The position numbers and the translations under genes were made by a program. The notes below the pieces were generated by a model. It ran no database searches. It was not told the origin of the DNA and was given only the letters and a program-made list of their open reading frames with translations. From Paraspadella gotoi (taxonomy: Eukaryota > Animalia > Chaetognatha): 64,000 nucleotides of DNA. Below are positions 1 to 28,915 of this stretch, in pieces. Location: positions 13,332,735-13,396,734 of the forward strand of contig CM119266.1 of assembly GCA_051294375.1 (NCBI GenBank). The letters run 5' to 3'. Positions within the stretch are counted from its first letter, which is position 1. Each line of letters starts with the position of its first letter.

Positions 1-137
1 ATCATTACACAACAATGACAATAGCAAATGACTTCAAGAACTACAACAAAAACAAAAATAACAAATAACGACAACAAAAACGAAAAAAACGAACAACAGC
101 AGCATCAGCAGCATCAGCAGCAGCAAGAGCAGCCCAC

Positions 138-3100
138 CTGCAGAACTCCTCGACGCAGAGGCAGCCGTCGAAGTCGAGGTCGAACTCTTGCGGCGCCGAC
201 GGCGGAAGGAGGTAAGTTTGACCGGAAGATTCGAACCCGTGACCGCTGTAGGCGAAGAAGGCGTAGCACTGCGGCGACAACGCCTCCACGAAGGCGTGCA
301 TCGCCGCCCGCATCTCCGCCAGATCGAGGTCCATGAGGGACACCACCTGGAGGAGAGAGAGGAAGAGACGAAATGAATAATAATTCGAATTTCCGTCACA
401 ATTCTATTCAACAACGAAAATAATGATAAACATGATGAAAATTCTATTTCGTTTATTTGTTTAATAGTTAGCGAGCTATCTATTAGATAGATGGATAGAT
501 AGAAGATTGATTGATAGATACATGGATTGATTTACTGAAAGTTTACTATTTTCAGTCATTGTTTTACATGACAGATAGTTTCTTGATGGATCGATAGACC
601 AGCTCCACCTCGGAATCTTCCTACCAGGATTGACGTTTCCCTTCTCACCCTCGGTCCTCACCTCGAAACCGAGTTGATTCCTCAACACTTCCGTCAACTT
701 CCTCATATCGTTCTCGACTCCCGTCAGTTTGTCCAGATGGTCGTAGTCTCCGTTGCCGATGAGGAGGGCCACTTTCCCGTGGGCCCATAACGCGCCTGAG
801 GAGGGAGTTGATAATTAGGATCTTGAGAAGGTCGTAATCCTGTTTTGGAACCCAAATTTACAATGAATCATTGATAATTTAAGTACGGATATTTTCTTTT
901 TGACTATTTTTTTTTTTTCAGAACGTAAGTGTCATCCTTTTTTGTTGTTGTCGTCGTTGAGAATGTCGTTGAGGCGCGTCGGAGACAATATTGTGGACAA
1001 TCTCAAAGACTTTAAACTTACCGATGTATATTATTATTAATCATTGTCTATTTGATTCGTGTCTATTTATATTATTGTTTCCCCTTCCAGCCCTGCGCGC
1101 ATCGTGCGTTTATTTCGTCGTCGTCGTCGTTGTTGTTGTCGATTGACGCCACGAGCAAGCTCCTCCAAGTTACCCGTTGCGGCTGGATTGACTTTGAGCC
1201 GATACTTCGTTGGAGAGAGTCTCGCCGAAGACGTTGGAGACGCAGCACTGGTACTTCCCCTGATCCTTCGTCTGAGCGCGTTGGATTTCAAGAAGATTGG
1301 ATTCTTCCCCTTTTGATAAAAAAAATTAATTTTTGGATTTAGAATACTCTCATTAATATTCTAATTAACTACTAACTACCAACCCATTAACCTTTGAGCG
1401 TTTTGCCATCCTTGTGCCATCTGAAAGAGAGTGGACCCAATCCATCGGCGACGCACTTGAGTGGCGAGGCCGTTGACGCTGACGCTAGATCCGAAGGCTG
1501 CTCCACCACCGTCGGGGTGGGCGAATTGGGATATGGGATTCCTGGATGTGGACGGGAGGCTGGGAGAATTTGAATAAGGTAATTAATTCAACAAATAGAC
1601 GGTACATTCAATAGATATAAGGAAATTATTAAATAAGGGAAATTATAAAACCTAAACTCGAAAGTCATGAAAAAGCTTAAAACAATCATACTGTGGCGAA
1701 TCCTAAATTCGCCTCCCGTATAGCTTGGTGAAACTCAGCTCGTCCCATTGGCTTGGACAGCTAAGTACTCGTTCACCAACCGTGAGTTCCGGGTTCAATC
1801 CCATCACGGTCACGCTGGTTAAAGTGTGATGGTGTCGGCATAAACACTCCAGTGGTCACTGCAGGTCCAAAGCCCTGAGCGCCAGCTGTCGGGAGATGCC
1901 TCACACCCCAGGCATCACGCATGTCCCTCCGTTGCCATAATACAAAGAATCTTGACAACCGTCAGCTTTCTTACCATCTCCAAATGCAATTGAGTGCGCG
2001 TAAAGTTTGGCGACGATGAAGCCTCCACTGGGTAAGGGGTAATGGGCGCGGAGTTGGCGTCGGAGAAATTGGCGGAGTAGACGAGGGATTCCAACTTCTC
2101 AAGGTCGATTCCGTCGATGACGCAATCCGACTTTTGACCCAAATACTGTTGGGACATCAAGCAATTTTCGGCGCTCGTTCTGGTGGAAAAAATAGAATGT
2201 ATAAAAATGTAGTAGCAAATGATCATTTGTCAAAAAATGCTGTAAAAACTGTTTTTAAGGTTGTAACCATGGTCTCTGCATTTTTTGCCTTCTTGCCCTT
2301 TTGAGAGACTTTGGAAATAAATAAAGTAAAAATAATAAGAATGTTAAAAAAAATTGTGTCGTCTTTATTACTAGCTCCTGTAATAACTGACGAATCTATT
2401 TAGCCTAATATATTAAAAGAGGATTGAGTATTCACTATGGTTATATAAAGTAACGTAAAACAAAAAGAAATAAAACGGGAGAGAATTACAAATTGTTACT
2501 CGGCCAAAATCACGACTGAAGAATGACAAGCGATCGAGAACTAAAAAGCGTTTTGTTTACAATTCAGCGAAGGCCAATGCTTTTGTAAATAGTAAAGAAC
2601 GAGGCCGAAACGAGAACAACAACTCTTTAATATTCTGACAATTGTTTTATGAAATTGAAATAGATACCAGAAAAAATTGAAAGTGATTGTAATTAAGAAT
2701 AAAGAAAGAAAAAAAGAAAGAAACATTGAAAGAAAGGATCAAATATCAAAGAAAGAAAGAAAGAAATGAAGAAAGAAATAAAGAAAGAAAGACAGACATA
2801 AATAAAGAAAAAAAATAAAGAAATAAATTAAAAAAATAAAGAAAGAAATAAAGAAATAACTAAAAAAAAAAAGAAATAAATAAAGAAATCAAACAATCAA
2901 TCAATCAATAGAAAATTTTCACGAACTAACCGATCAGAGCAGAGCGGGTTCTCCTTCAAATCGAGCAACATCAGCGCGGGAAAGTCTCTCTTGGCGAAGA
3001 CGAGATTCTCAATGAGATTTTCCGTGATGAAGAGGTGAGTGAGAAGCGGCAGCGCCCTCACCGACGCCGGCACCTCCGTCAACCGGTTGCGGCAGAGACC

Positions 3101-3550
3101 CAACTTTTTGAGGAACTGGAAACGAGAGAGATCCGGCGCCGCGCGCAGAGAGTTTGTGCAAAGGGAAAGAAGAGAAAGTTGGGCGAGGCTCTCGTGGGCG
3201 AGACCGTTAGCCAACTCCTCCTGGACGACGTCGTCCACTTCTCCCGTCTCGTCCACCAGGAGGCAGCAGTTGAGCCAGAGTTCACGCACCTCGAGCGGCG
3301 ACGACCTCGACTGCTCCAGTTCGGAGAAGGAGTCGAAGAGTTTGGAGATGTGGCCGCGGGAATAGCTCCACTTGAGGACTCCTTCCTCGTCTAAAGTGAA
3401 AGATGGGGGAAGTTTAAATGAAATAATTGATCATTTGAATAATGGGACAATAGAAACAGTAGAGAACCAATTGCTAAATTAATAACAAAATGACGTCGGT
3501 GATTATTTTTTATTTAGCCGGCGACGAGAACAAAAATACTAATACATCCT

Positions 3551-3593
<43 letters not shown>

Positions 3594-4685
3594 TTCTCTG
3601 TCTTTCTCTCTCTCTCTTTTTTACAAAACCTGGTTCGACGGCGCAAAAATTCATAATCTCCTGCTCCAGCCATCGCTCCAACGCCTGACCCATTTTCTTT
3701 ATCTTTGGTCTTCCCTTCAAATCGAGAGTCAAATGAGTCAAATCTTTGAAGGAACAAATGACGCGCGGAAATTGCGCCAAATCGCAGCCGACGAGTTTTA
3801 AAGTTTTGATCTTGCGCAAAGTTCGTATTTTGTCCGGCAACTGGGATGAAAGAGGAAGACGTTGACCTCTTTAAAGATTCGTTGAGTTGTTGGAGGATTA
3901 CCTAAACATAAATCTCGATATGTATCAGTTATCACGATACCTGTTCCAACTTTGTGTTCGTCAGATCGAGATGTTCCAAGTTTTTCATGTGGACGATGTG
4001 GTTGACAAAGTCGGGATCCAACTTGTTGTTCGCCAGATTCAAGGAGGTTAAATTTGAGAAGGCGTTCTCTTGCGAGTCGAAGGGGGCGTGGCAAATCCTG
4101 TAAGAAAAGAAAACAGTTCGTTGGCGTTAAAAAAAAATATGTTTTTTCTGGTCTCTCCCGCATAGAATTTCGTTTTTTGAATGTTATTTCTGTGCCCCAC
4201 TAAAAGTATCAAATTTTTTTTTTCGATACTCTCTTTCTTAAAGTCAATCTGTACGACAGTACAGTTCGTTGTTTTGTTTATCCAACGAGGATGTTTAAGA
4301 AAAATTAAGAAAGTTTACGCTATGTTGATCGGTCTTTAAAATTAACAATAAAAACACGACTTTAATTCAACATTGTGGGCAGTCCTCGTGCCCTCGTCCT
4401 GTCAAAGAGATATGCTTCGCCTCACTTGTTCCCCGAGAGATCCAAGTCTTTGAGGGAGGACGAAACTTTAAGACTCCGCAACTTCTCGTCGTCGACTTCG
4501 TTGGCGGAGAGATCGAGGCTCCGCAGCGTCGCAAAGTCGACGAGCGATTCCAGCGCCGCAGCCTCCAACCGATTGTTCTGCGCGACAAGCATCTCCACCT
4601 TCTTCTCGTCGAAGGGTCGATTGTGGGCGTCGACTCGCGGGAGAGTCGCGGCGTTCTCGGCGCCGAGGTAGACGGTTCGCGCCAT
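138..4685 (-). CDS. LRR-Ig-paracaspase (MALT1-like peptidase C14 domain) gene; 3' end lies outside the window
   Basis: GT-AG exons 4685-4426, 4097-3941, 3840-3630, 3390-2931 encode LRRs (LRSLDLSANEV, LKDLDLSGNK, LTSLNLANNKL, LEHLDLTNTKL, LKKLGLCRNRL, LMLLDLKENPL). Exon 2179-1975 is LRR-cap-like (..QYLGQKSDCVIDG). Exons ~1559-1392 and ~1309-1174 give one Ig domain (PTVVEQPSD..LKCVADGLGPLSFRWHKDGK..LLEIQRAQTKDQGKYQCCVSNVFGETLS). Exons 795-662 and 346-138 give KVALLIGNGDY..LGFEVVSLMDL..FAYSGHGFE..YLLP..CLCVEEF, colinear with the MALT1 caspase-like domain, with the catalytic His retained. About two 1-nt indels are needed for a continuous frame. Confidence 0.85.
1738..1940 (+). mobile_element. tRNA-headed SINE-like element, copy 1 (contains twister fold)
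   Basis: A-box-like TGGCTTGGACAGCTAA, B-box GGGTTCAATCCC. Colinear with 25865-26080 through to the shared 3' end CCGTTGCCATA. Intronic and antisense to the host gene. Confidence 0.8.
1814..1886 (+). ncRNA. type-P5 twister ribozyme-like fold (T2 G apparently missing)
   Basis: P5 GCTGG/CCAGC; P2 AGTGT/ACACT; L1 GATGG; P1 hairpin TG-TCGG-CA; TAA cleavage motif 1841-1843; P3 AGTG/CACT; G-CAGG-TCCAAAGC-CCTG (P4/L4); T1 CCA:TGG. Confidence 0.75.
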
Positions 4686-4982
4686 TTGGAGAAGGGGGAG
4701 CGGGGAGGAAGGGCTCGAGATGGTTGCCGACTATTTAAATAAGGATTTTTTTTTGTGCTTTTTTAATGATGAATTGACGATTTTCATTTTTGAAGTTTTA
4801 TTTTTAATTGGATATTCGCCAAGTTTCGGGTTCCTCGCGAACTTCAATTAAAAGTTTCAAGTTTCAATGAAAACTAATTCATCGATAAATAAAAACTTGT
4901 AGTTTCGTTATCACTAAAAAGAAACATGAAAATGCGAATCGACAAAGGTTGCTCGTGACGATTCGTGAATCTGAATGGCTGA

Positions 4983-5015
<33 letters not shown>

Positions 5016-5144
5016 TGAATGTTTCGAGTAGAAAGGGAGACGCAATAAAATAAAGAAAATAGAAGACGAAACTCGTGATCGAATTTTTTATTTCGTAAAA
5101 AAAAGAACCGCAAATATTAACTCAAAACGGGAACTTGATGGTCG

Positions 5145-5152
5145 TGACGTCA
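5145..5152. promoter_or_regulatory. perfect CRE/ATF palindrome TGACGTCA in the divergent intergenic region
   Basis: TGACGTCA ~460 nt upstream of the LRR-paracaspase ATG and upstream of the first exon-like segments of the plus-strand gene; motif match only. Confidence 0.3.
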
Positions 5153-6751
5153 TGTGAATGTGTGTAAGAGAGAGAGAGAGAGTCTTCTTTTTGTAATCTT
5201 GTCGGTATAAATTTCTTGTTAGAAGTTTCGAGACGAGGTTTCAAAAACGAATCTAGTTCCGTGTTTCACCTTAAAAAAAAACAAAAAACAACGACCACGA
5301 TGACGACATATATTTAATTTAAATTTTAAATCGATTGCTAAGACGACGATAACAATAAATAAGACGACGTCGAAAGGAAACTTTTAAGTCACACGACTAT
5401 GATTGTCATGGTGATTATACTTTTACAATTTTACTTAGAGGTTAAAGTCGCGGAATATGACGCTTTTTAAGTACGAAACTCCAAAAAATAAAAATAGTAC
5501 TCTTCTATTCCTAATAATAAATAAAATATTAAATAAAATAATGCTTAATTTGTGTTGTTTCAATATTTATTTGCAAATCGAATGTCACGTATTTCGAACA
5601 GGATGAGACTTGAGTTATGTTGATATTAAACCGAATTCCGACAAATCTAATGCAGTCATCCATGAAAAAAAATTGTCTCCGATCTCTCTTGATTGTACGA
5701 AGTTCAACGAATCTGTATTTGAGTTTCATTCTTAACTGTTTACCGAAAGAAATCTAGTTTTAACCGGTTTTAAACTGCAAGAAAGGATTGAGATGTCTGA
5801 CTCGTTACGTCTTTTGTTTCGCTATCTCGCAACTTTCGTCGTTGTTCGTCGCGTCATCTTTAGTAGAGGTAAGAGTTGTGAAGTCTTTTGTTTTACTTTA
5901 TGAAAGTATAAGTTTTAAATTACACGAATAACATTGTTAACAGAAGTAGAACAACTATTTAGTCAATAAATAACTTTCTCCAAGACCATTCCAGAAAAAA
6001 CCGACCTTTTTGTTTGAAACTAACTTTCCTCTTTGCCCTAGTGAGTAGTTGCATCAGCTAAGCTTTAGATAAATAGGGGTCAGCAGGTTTAGAATGAATT
6101 TCAAGTTGATAAATATATGGAATATATAAATATATAAATATATATATAAAAATATGGAAAAAATAATCTTCCTTTTGTATGAAAAGCATTTTGTTGTCGA
6201 ATTGTTTTAATTTTGTAATATTAAATTAAAGGAATGTACTTACTTTTTGTATTTTTCATTTAATATTAAAAAAAACTATCAAAAGTAATCTTCGATAAAG
6301 GAGTCAGAGGTGAGTTTAAAAGACGAAAGAAAAAACAGCCGAAGAAATTCGCGGTAATCGTCCATATTATCGACAAAAGAAACTTTAACCGCTCGACCGT
6401 GAGGTTTTTATCAATGTTTTCGTACTTTTTTTTTAATATAAATTAATTTCCTTCGAAATGTCCAACACGGGACCGCCCGACGGTGGCGCAAACCGAAAAG
6501 TACGATTGTGACGATACATATATTTCCAGGAAATGACGGTATTTGTTTGACTTTTGTCTTTTGTTTTTTTCAGTCTCGTCGAAGTAAGGAATCGATGCAT
6601 ATCTTTCTTTCCAAAGTGAGTTTCAATCAAAAGCCGAATTAAAGTAAACCATATCCTTTGAAATTCATACCAAATTGAAGACTATCAGTCATTTATTTCA
6701 CGATTTTTAAACAAACCTTTTCGAATTGTTAATGGTGTCGTGTCGTGGCAG

Positions 6752-24139
<17,388 letters not shown>

Positions 24140-24372
24140 AGCTCTCTACGCGCGGCGGTGAGTGGACAAAAGAACAATCCCTTTCTGAAGCAACTAAAAA
24201 GTTTTATTCGTTTTCTCCAGCTAATTGACTATGAAGAAGCTATATAACGAAGACAAGTGAGAAGCAGACCGAAGATCCTTTTATGCTATTGTGTTTTTAA
24301 TAATTTATTTACGATAAATACATACTTTGTCAAATATATGATACAGTTAAACTTAATCGTCGAACGTAAGCC

Positions 24373-26495
24373 TTACAAGTAGACCGATTCGTATTCGCTT
24401 TCCTCTTCGTCATCTTCGTCGTCGTTTTCGTCGTTAATCTTCTGACATTCGACGACGACGACGACTTTTTCTACTCTGAATTCCGTCACGTTTTTGGTCG
24501 CATTCGATTCGCCGTCGCTCGTTTTTAAGATGGCGTCGACTTCAGACGACGGCTCCCGCGAAATCGGAGCCACGTCGTCGATCTTTGACGCCGCGACGCA
24601 GATTTCTGACACGGCGTCGGTTCCGTCGTCGAAGGTGGCGTCGATTTCCATCTCGGCGCCGTTTCTCGACGCGGCGACGCTCCTCTCCGAAACGGCGTCG
24701 GGTTTATCGTCGATTCCGACGGCGACGCTCTCGGACGATTGATCAATAACAGGCTCGTTCGCATCGAGCGCCGACGCTTTTCCGGCAACACTTTCCGGCG
24801 CTTCTTTGGCAAATTGATTAGTAATTGCGCTTCCTTTTTCCAAATTTCCCGGGGAATTCGCAATCTTTCCGGTCCCGTCTCGGCCATCAAAATCGAGATT
24901 TCCCGATTCGGAATCCTGCGATAAAGTCGACGCCACGAAAGAAGCGCCGGATCCGCTCCCGGCGTCGCTCGAGACCGTGGATGAGGACGAAGCGACGGGA
25001 TCACTTCTGTGGCGGATTACATCCGGACGACAACGCGCCAACTGTGAAGGTTCAAGAAGGGGAAAGGTAATGAAAGGGAATTCCAAAGTGTAAAATTAGT
25101 ACATGAACCAGCTACTACGTTTCGGGTAAAATTGCTACTCAAATAGCCACTACAATATAATTAAATAAGCATTTAAACCTAACTGGGATTGACAGACAGG
25201 CCGATATTCCTAGACGAAAGTTGCTTCGCGATTACTCGCGGCGCAATTAAAAAATATAAATGAAGACAAAGAAATTCTATGACTCCTAGCCATATCGTTT
25301 GCCACGTTCAACATTTCTTTTTTTTCAAATTAACTTTCACCTTTTTCAAATGATGCTCAACATAGTCTGGTTGATTGTAGCAACAGGGATGCATCTTGCC
25401 GCAGCATTTGAATGCGGCATCCCAGTCCAAGCAATAAGCGCACCAACAGCAGAAGGAGAACACGGCGAGGACGGAGAGTGGAAGGCCGATGATGAGGAGG
25501 ACGACGAGTGGAGTGACGTCGTTGAGGGGGGACTGCATTGCAAAGGGGGGGTTAAGGAGGGAGGTGAAAGCAAGGGGCTTAATTTTTTTGTTTTAAAACT
25601 AATGCGTTTAAATGGAGTGATCTGGTGACGAGAACGTAACTGATTACTGATTTTCGCTTCCGCTTTACTGATAGCGAATCCTTTCACAAATCCGTGTTTT
25701 TATGATTGTTTACGACGAAGGAAACTTAGTTTTATACGAGGCGACTTCCGAGGATCTGTCGCACGAATATCATTTGCGAAAGTCAAATTGGACCAAACAA
25801 AAAATAGAGATAATAGAATCCTCTGTGGCAGCAAGACTTAAAGCTGCCTCACTGCTGTCCGTCCTCAGCCTCGTCTCAATGGCTGAGCAGGCTAAATCAT
25901 CTCATTCCATCCGTGCGTCCCGGGTTCAATCCCCGGGTATCCCGGTTCTGGCTTAAATGTGACGGTGCCGGTATAAACATGCCAGTGACAGGAGGCGGTC
26001 ACTGAGGGTCCGCATCCCCTACGCCAGTTGGTGAGATACCCCGCGCCCCAGGTATCACAGGCTATCCTCCCGTTGCCATACCTCCCTCATTCTCGCTCAA
26101 AAGACCAAACAACATAATAAAACTTTAAAAATAATAATAATAAAATAATAAAAAAATAATAATAAAACTTTTAAAATAATAATAATAAAATAATAAAAAA
26201 ATAATAATAAAACTTTAAAAATAATAATAATAAAATAATAATAAAATAATAATAAAATAATAAAAAAAAATAATAATAAAACTTTAAAAGACGCAAATTC
26301 GATGGATCCATGGACAAACAAAGTACATCCACCCGGTATGATACCGGAGATTAAATAACCCTGAATATCATCGTCTCCTTCCAGACTCACCCTATCAAAG
26401 CCGACGGTTGTGGAGCCGTTGCTTCCCGACGCCGGGGGATCCCACTTCCAAGCGGGAGGCGGCGGCGGAGACGAAGGACGCCGGTGCAGCTCCAT
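24373..26495 (-). CDS. single-pass membrane protein with Cys-rich juxtamembrane region and acidic Tyr-containing tail
   Basis: Three phase-0 exons, 26495-26391, 25532-25341 and 25041-24373, join in frame: MELHRR..NGST..DR/SPLNDVTPLVVLLIIGLPLSVLAVFSFCCWCAYCLDWDAAFKCCGKMHPCCYNQPDYVEHHLKK/LARCRP...EEESEYESVYL*. Confidence 0.7.
25190..25255 (-). mobile_element. HINE/Helentron-like element, copy C (fragment)
   Basis: Reverse complement TTTTTAATTGCGCCGCGAGTAATCGCGAAGCAACT...CTGTCTGTC matches copies A and B. Confidence 0.5.
25865..26080 (+). mobile_element. tRNA-headed SINE-like element, copy 2 (contains twister fold)
   Basis: A-box TGGCTGAGCAGGCTAA, B-box GGGTTCAATCCC, 3' end CCGTTGCCATA. Homologous to 1738-1940; intronic and antisense to the host gene. 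Confidence 0.8.
25948..26026 (+). ncRNA. type-P5 twister ribozyme-like fold (L4 AAGC mutated to CAT)
   Basis: P5 CTGGC/GCCAG; P2 ATGT/ACAT; L1 GACGG; TAA at 25974-25976; GC; P3 AGTGAC/GTCACT; P4 AGGG/CCCT; T1 CCG:CGG (covaries with copy 1 CCA:TGG). Confidence 0.72.
26110..26290. repeat. AT-rich tandem repeat (~48-nt unit containing AAAACTTTAAAA and (AAT)n)
   Basis: About four imperfect units visible, immediately 3' of SINE copy 2. Confidence 0.8.
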
Positions 26496-27846
26496 CAAAT
26501 GGATCCAACTCGTTCTCGTTGGAGGAGAAGAAGCGAGGCGCGAATCAAGGGGAACTGAAGGAATGGTATGGGAATCTAAATGACGATGCTTAGAATTCTA
26601 AATGGTGAGATTTAAGCTGGAAAGTTTCAAGACGGAATCTCATTATGACGTTTTTTTTACGCTAAGAGGCTGAAAATAACTTTTCTCTCTTTTCATGGTT
26701 TATTCAATTTGCCACTGACGAGGATGTAAATATATTGAAAAAAAAAAAATTGTAAAAAGGCTTCAACGTTAAAACTCTCTCTTGCTGGAACATTTTTTTT
26801 CTGAAATGTTTGTTAATTGCGTTTTTTGTAATTTTAAACAAATGTTTCATCCTATCCCACTATTTTAACTCTTTTCATCCCGGAAATGTCGAATTAATCA
26901 ATCGGTGTGAAACTTTTCACCTTACGGTTCTTCTCAGTTCCCAGGTCATATCAGGTCTTATCAGGTGTTTCTAGGTCTTCTTGGGTCTAATCAGGATAGG
27001 ACTTTACATATCATATCCTGCTTTTTTTTCGTCTGCAGTTGATGAATTTCTCGCATTACTCTCAATATTCTCGTTGGATTTAAAAATTTCCCTTTTTTTA
27101 TTTATATTTTTTTTCGCGTTAAACGGATAATATGGATAATGAATAATTGGATAAATACATCCGTTTAACGAATTTAGAAAGTCGTTGTTCAACTATTATT
27201 TAGACAAACATCCATAGTAAACAAAATCTAGAAAAAAAAAACTAATATTATTTTTTATAAATGAAACAAGCAGAGGATGAATTTCATCTACATAAATCGT
27301 AAAGATGCGATGCAAATTTTTTCAACTTGCTCGCTTCTCAAAACGGGGTAATGAACCACTTTTTTTTCTTTGTGTGCTCAAGGCTTTCGTCGTAGCAACG
27401 CTAACTTGAAAAAGAATTTTTTTTAATACATTTTCCTTTTGTGCCCTAAATTCCTCGAAACCGCGACAATGCTTTTTCGGGCAGTTTATGACTTGAAAGA
27501 AATTTTCATGGCTAAAAAAAATACTGCATTAAAAAAATTCACAACACCATTTATAAAATGTCTGTATAATCAGAAAAGGTAAATTTACCTGCGTGAGAAT
27601 GTGACAAGACATTGATGAACCCAACTGCAAATGCGACGAGAATCATTTTCATCAACTTTGATACGTTTGGACTTTTTTGTCCAAAAAAAAAATTTTCTTA
27701 AAATATTTCACAAAAAGATTTTCATGCGAATTTCCGAGGCGCAAAGATTGATTAAAAAAATGATGAGAGTGTGGACGATTTGCATCCGACCTTCCGACGT
27801 CGATGACGACGATGATGCCGACGACAAGAGATCGACTTTCCTCTTA

Positions 27847-27881
<35 letters not shown>

Positions 27882-28332
27882 AGACGAAGACTTTTTGAGT
27901 CGGCAAAAAATGTGTCGAGTCCCGACCGGCGGAAAATTTGCTCGCAAAGAAGTGATGTTTACTAAAACAAAGATCTCGTCTTTGCTCCGCAAAATTTATT
28001 AATATCGTTAATTTTTTTTTGTTTTGAGAAAAAAATTCGGCATTGCACACCAACAAGGCGAAATGAGTGTAATTTTTTTGGAAAGAGCGCGAGTTGCGAG
28101 CAATTAAAGCCTCATTAATTCTCGCGAATTGCCATCAAAAGGCCGTTGGAGGCTCTTTTTATTTTAAAGTCATTTTCCAAAAGATATTTACAGAATGAAT
28201 TCACAAAAAGTCAAGACAACGAGACGTATACTTTCACGAAGAAGAAAACGGACAAAAAGTAGGTCATTTTGTAATCTTTAAACCAACTCTCTCCAGACCC
28301 TTTACTCCCACTCCAGCACCTCCGAGAATTAA

Positions 28333-28844
28333 CTACTTCCACCTACGAAAGAAGTCCTTCATGATCTGCCGGCAGCATTCCCGGAACCGCGACCCGGCAG
28401 CGCAGTAAATGACGAAGTTGACGGCGTGATTGACGGAGTCGAGGACGGTGGCGACGTCGTCGAAGACGGGGCCCAACCTGCGGCCGGAGATGCGTTCGTA
28501 GACGACGGAGACGGTGGCGGGCGCCTTGCAGACGAGAAACCCGCAACACGTGACCACGAGCATGAGGGTCAGCGTGTTCTCGCGTTTATTGCGCGAGGAC
28601 ATCTGGCGGTCGGGTATGGCCGAGCGGGAGGCGCGGGAGGATCGAGCGTCGACCGACCGACGGGCGGAAGCGGAAGCGGAGAATTGTGAGAAGCGGGAGG
28701 AGAAGCGTTGGGCGAAGCTGGATTTCCGACGGCCGTCAGGGCCGGAGGACGGAGAGGGAGGCGGCGCCGATGACAGAGGATTTCTGGTATTTTTAAAATG
28801 CAGTTTTTAAAAATATTCTTTCTTCTCTTTCTATCTCTCTCTCT

Positions 28845-28915
<71 letters not shown>

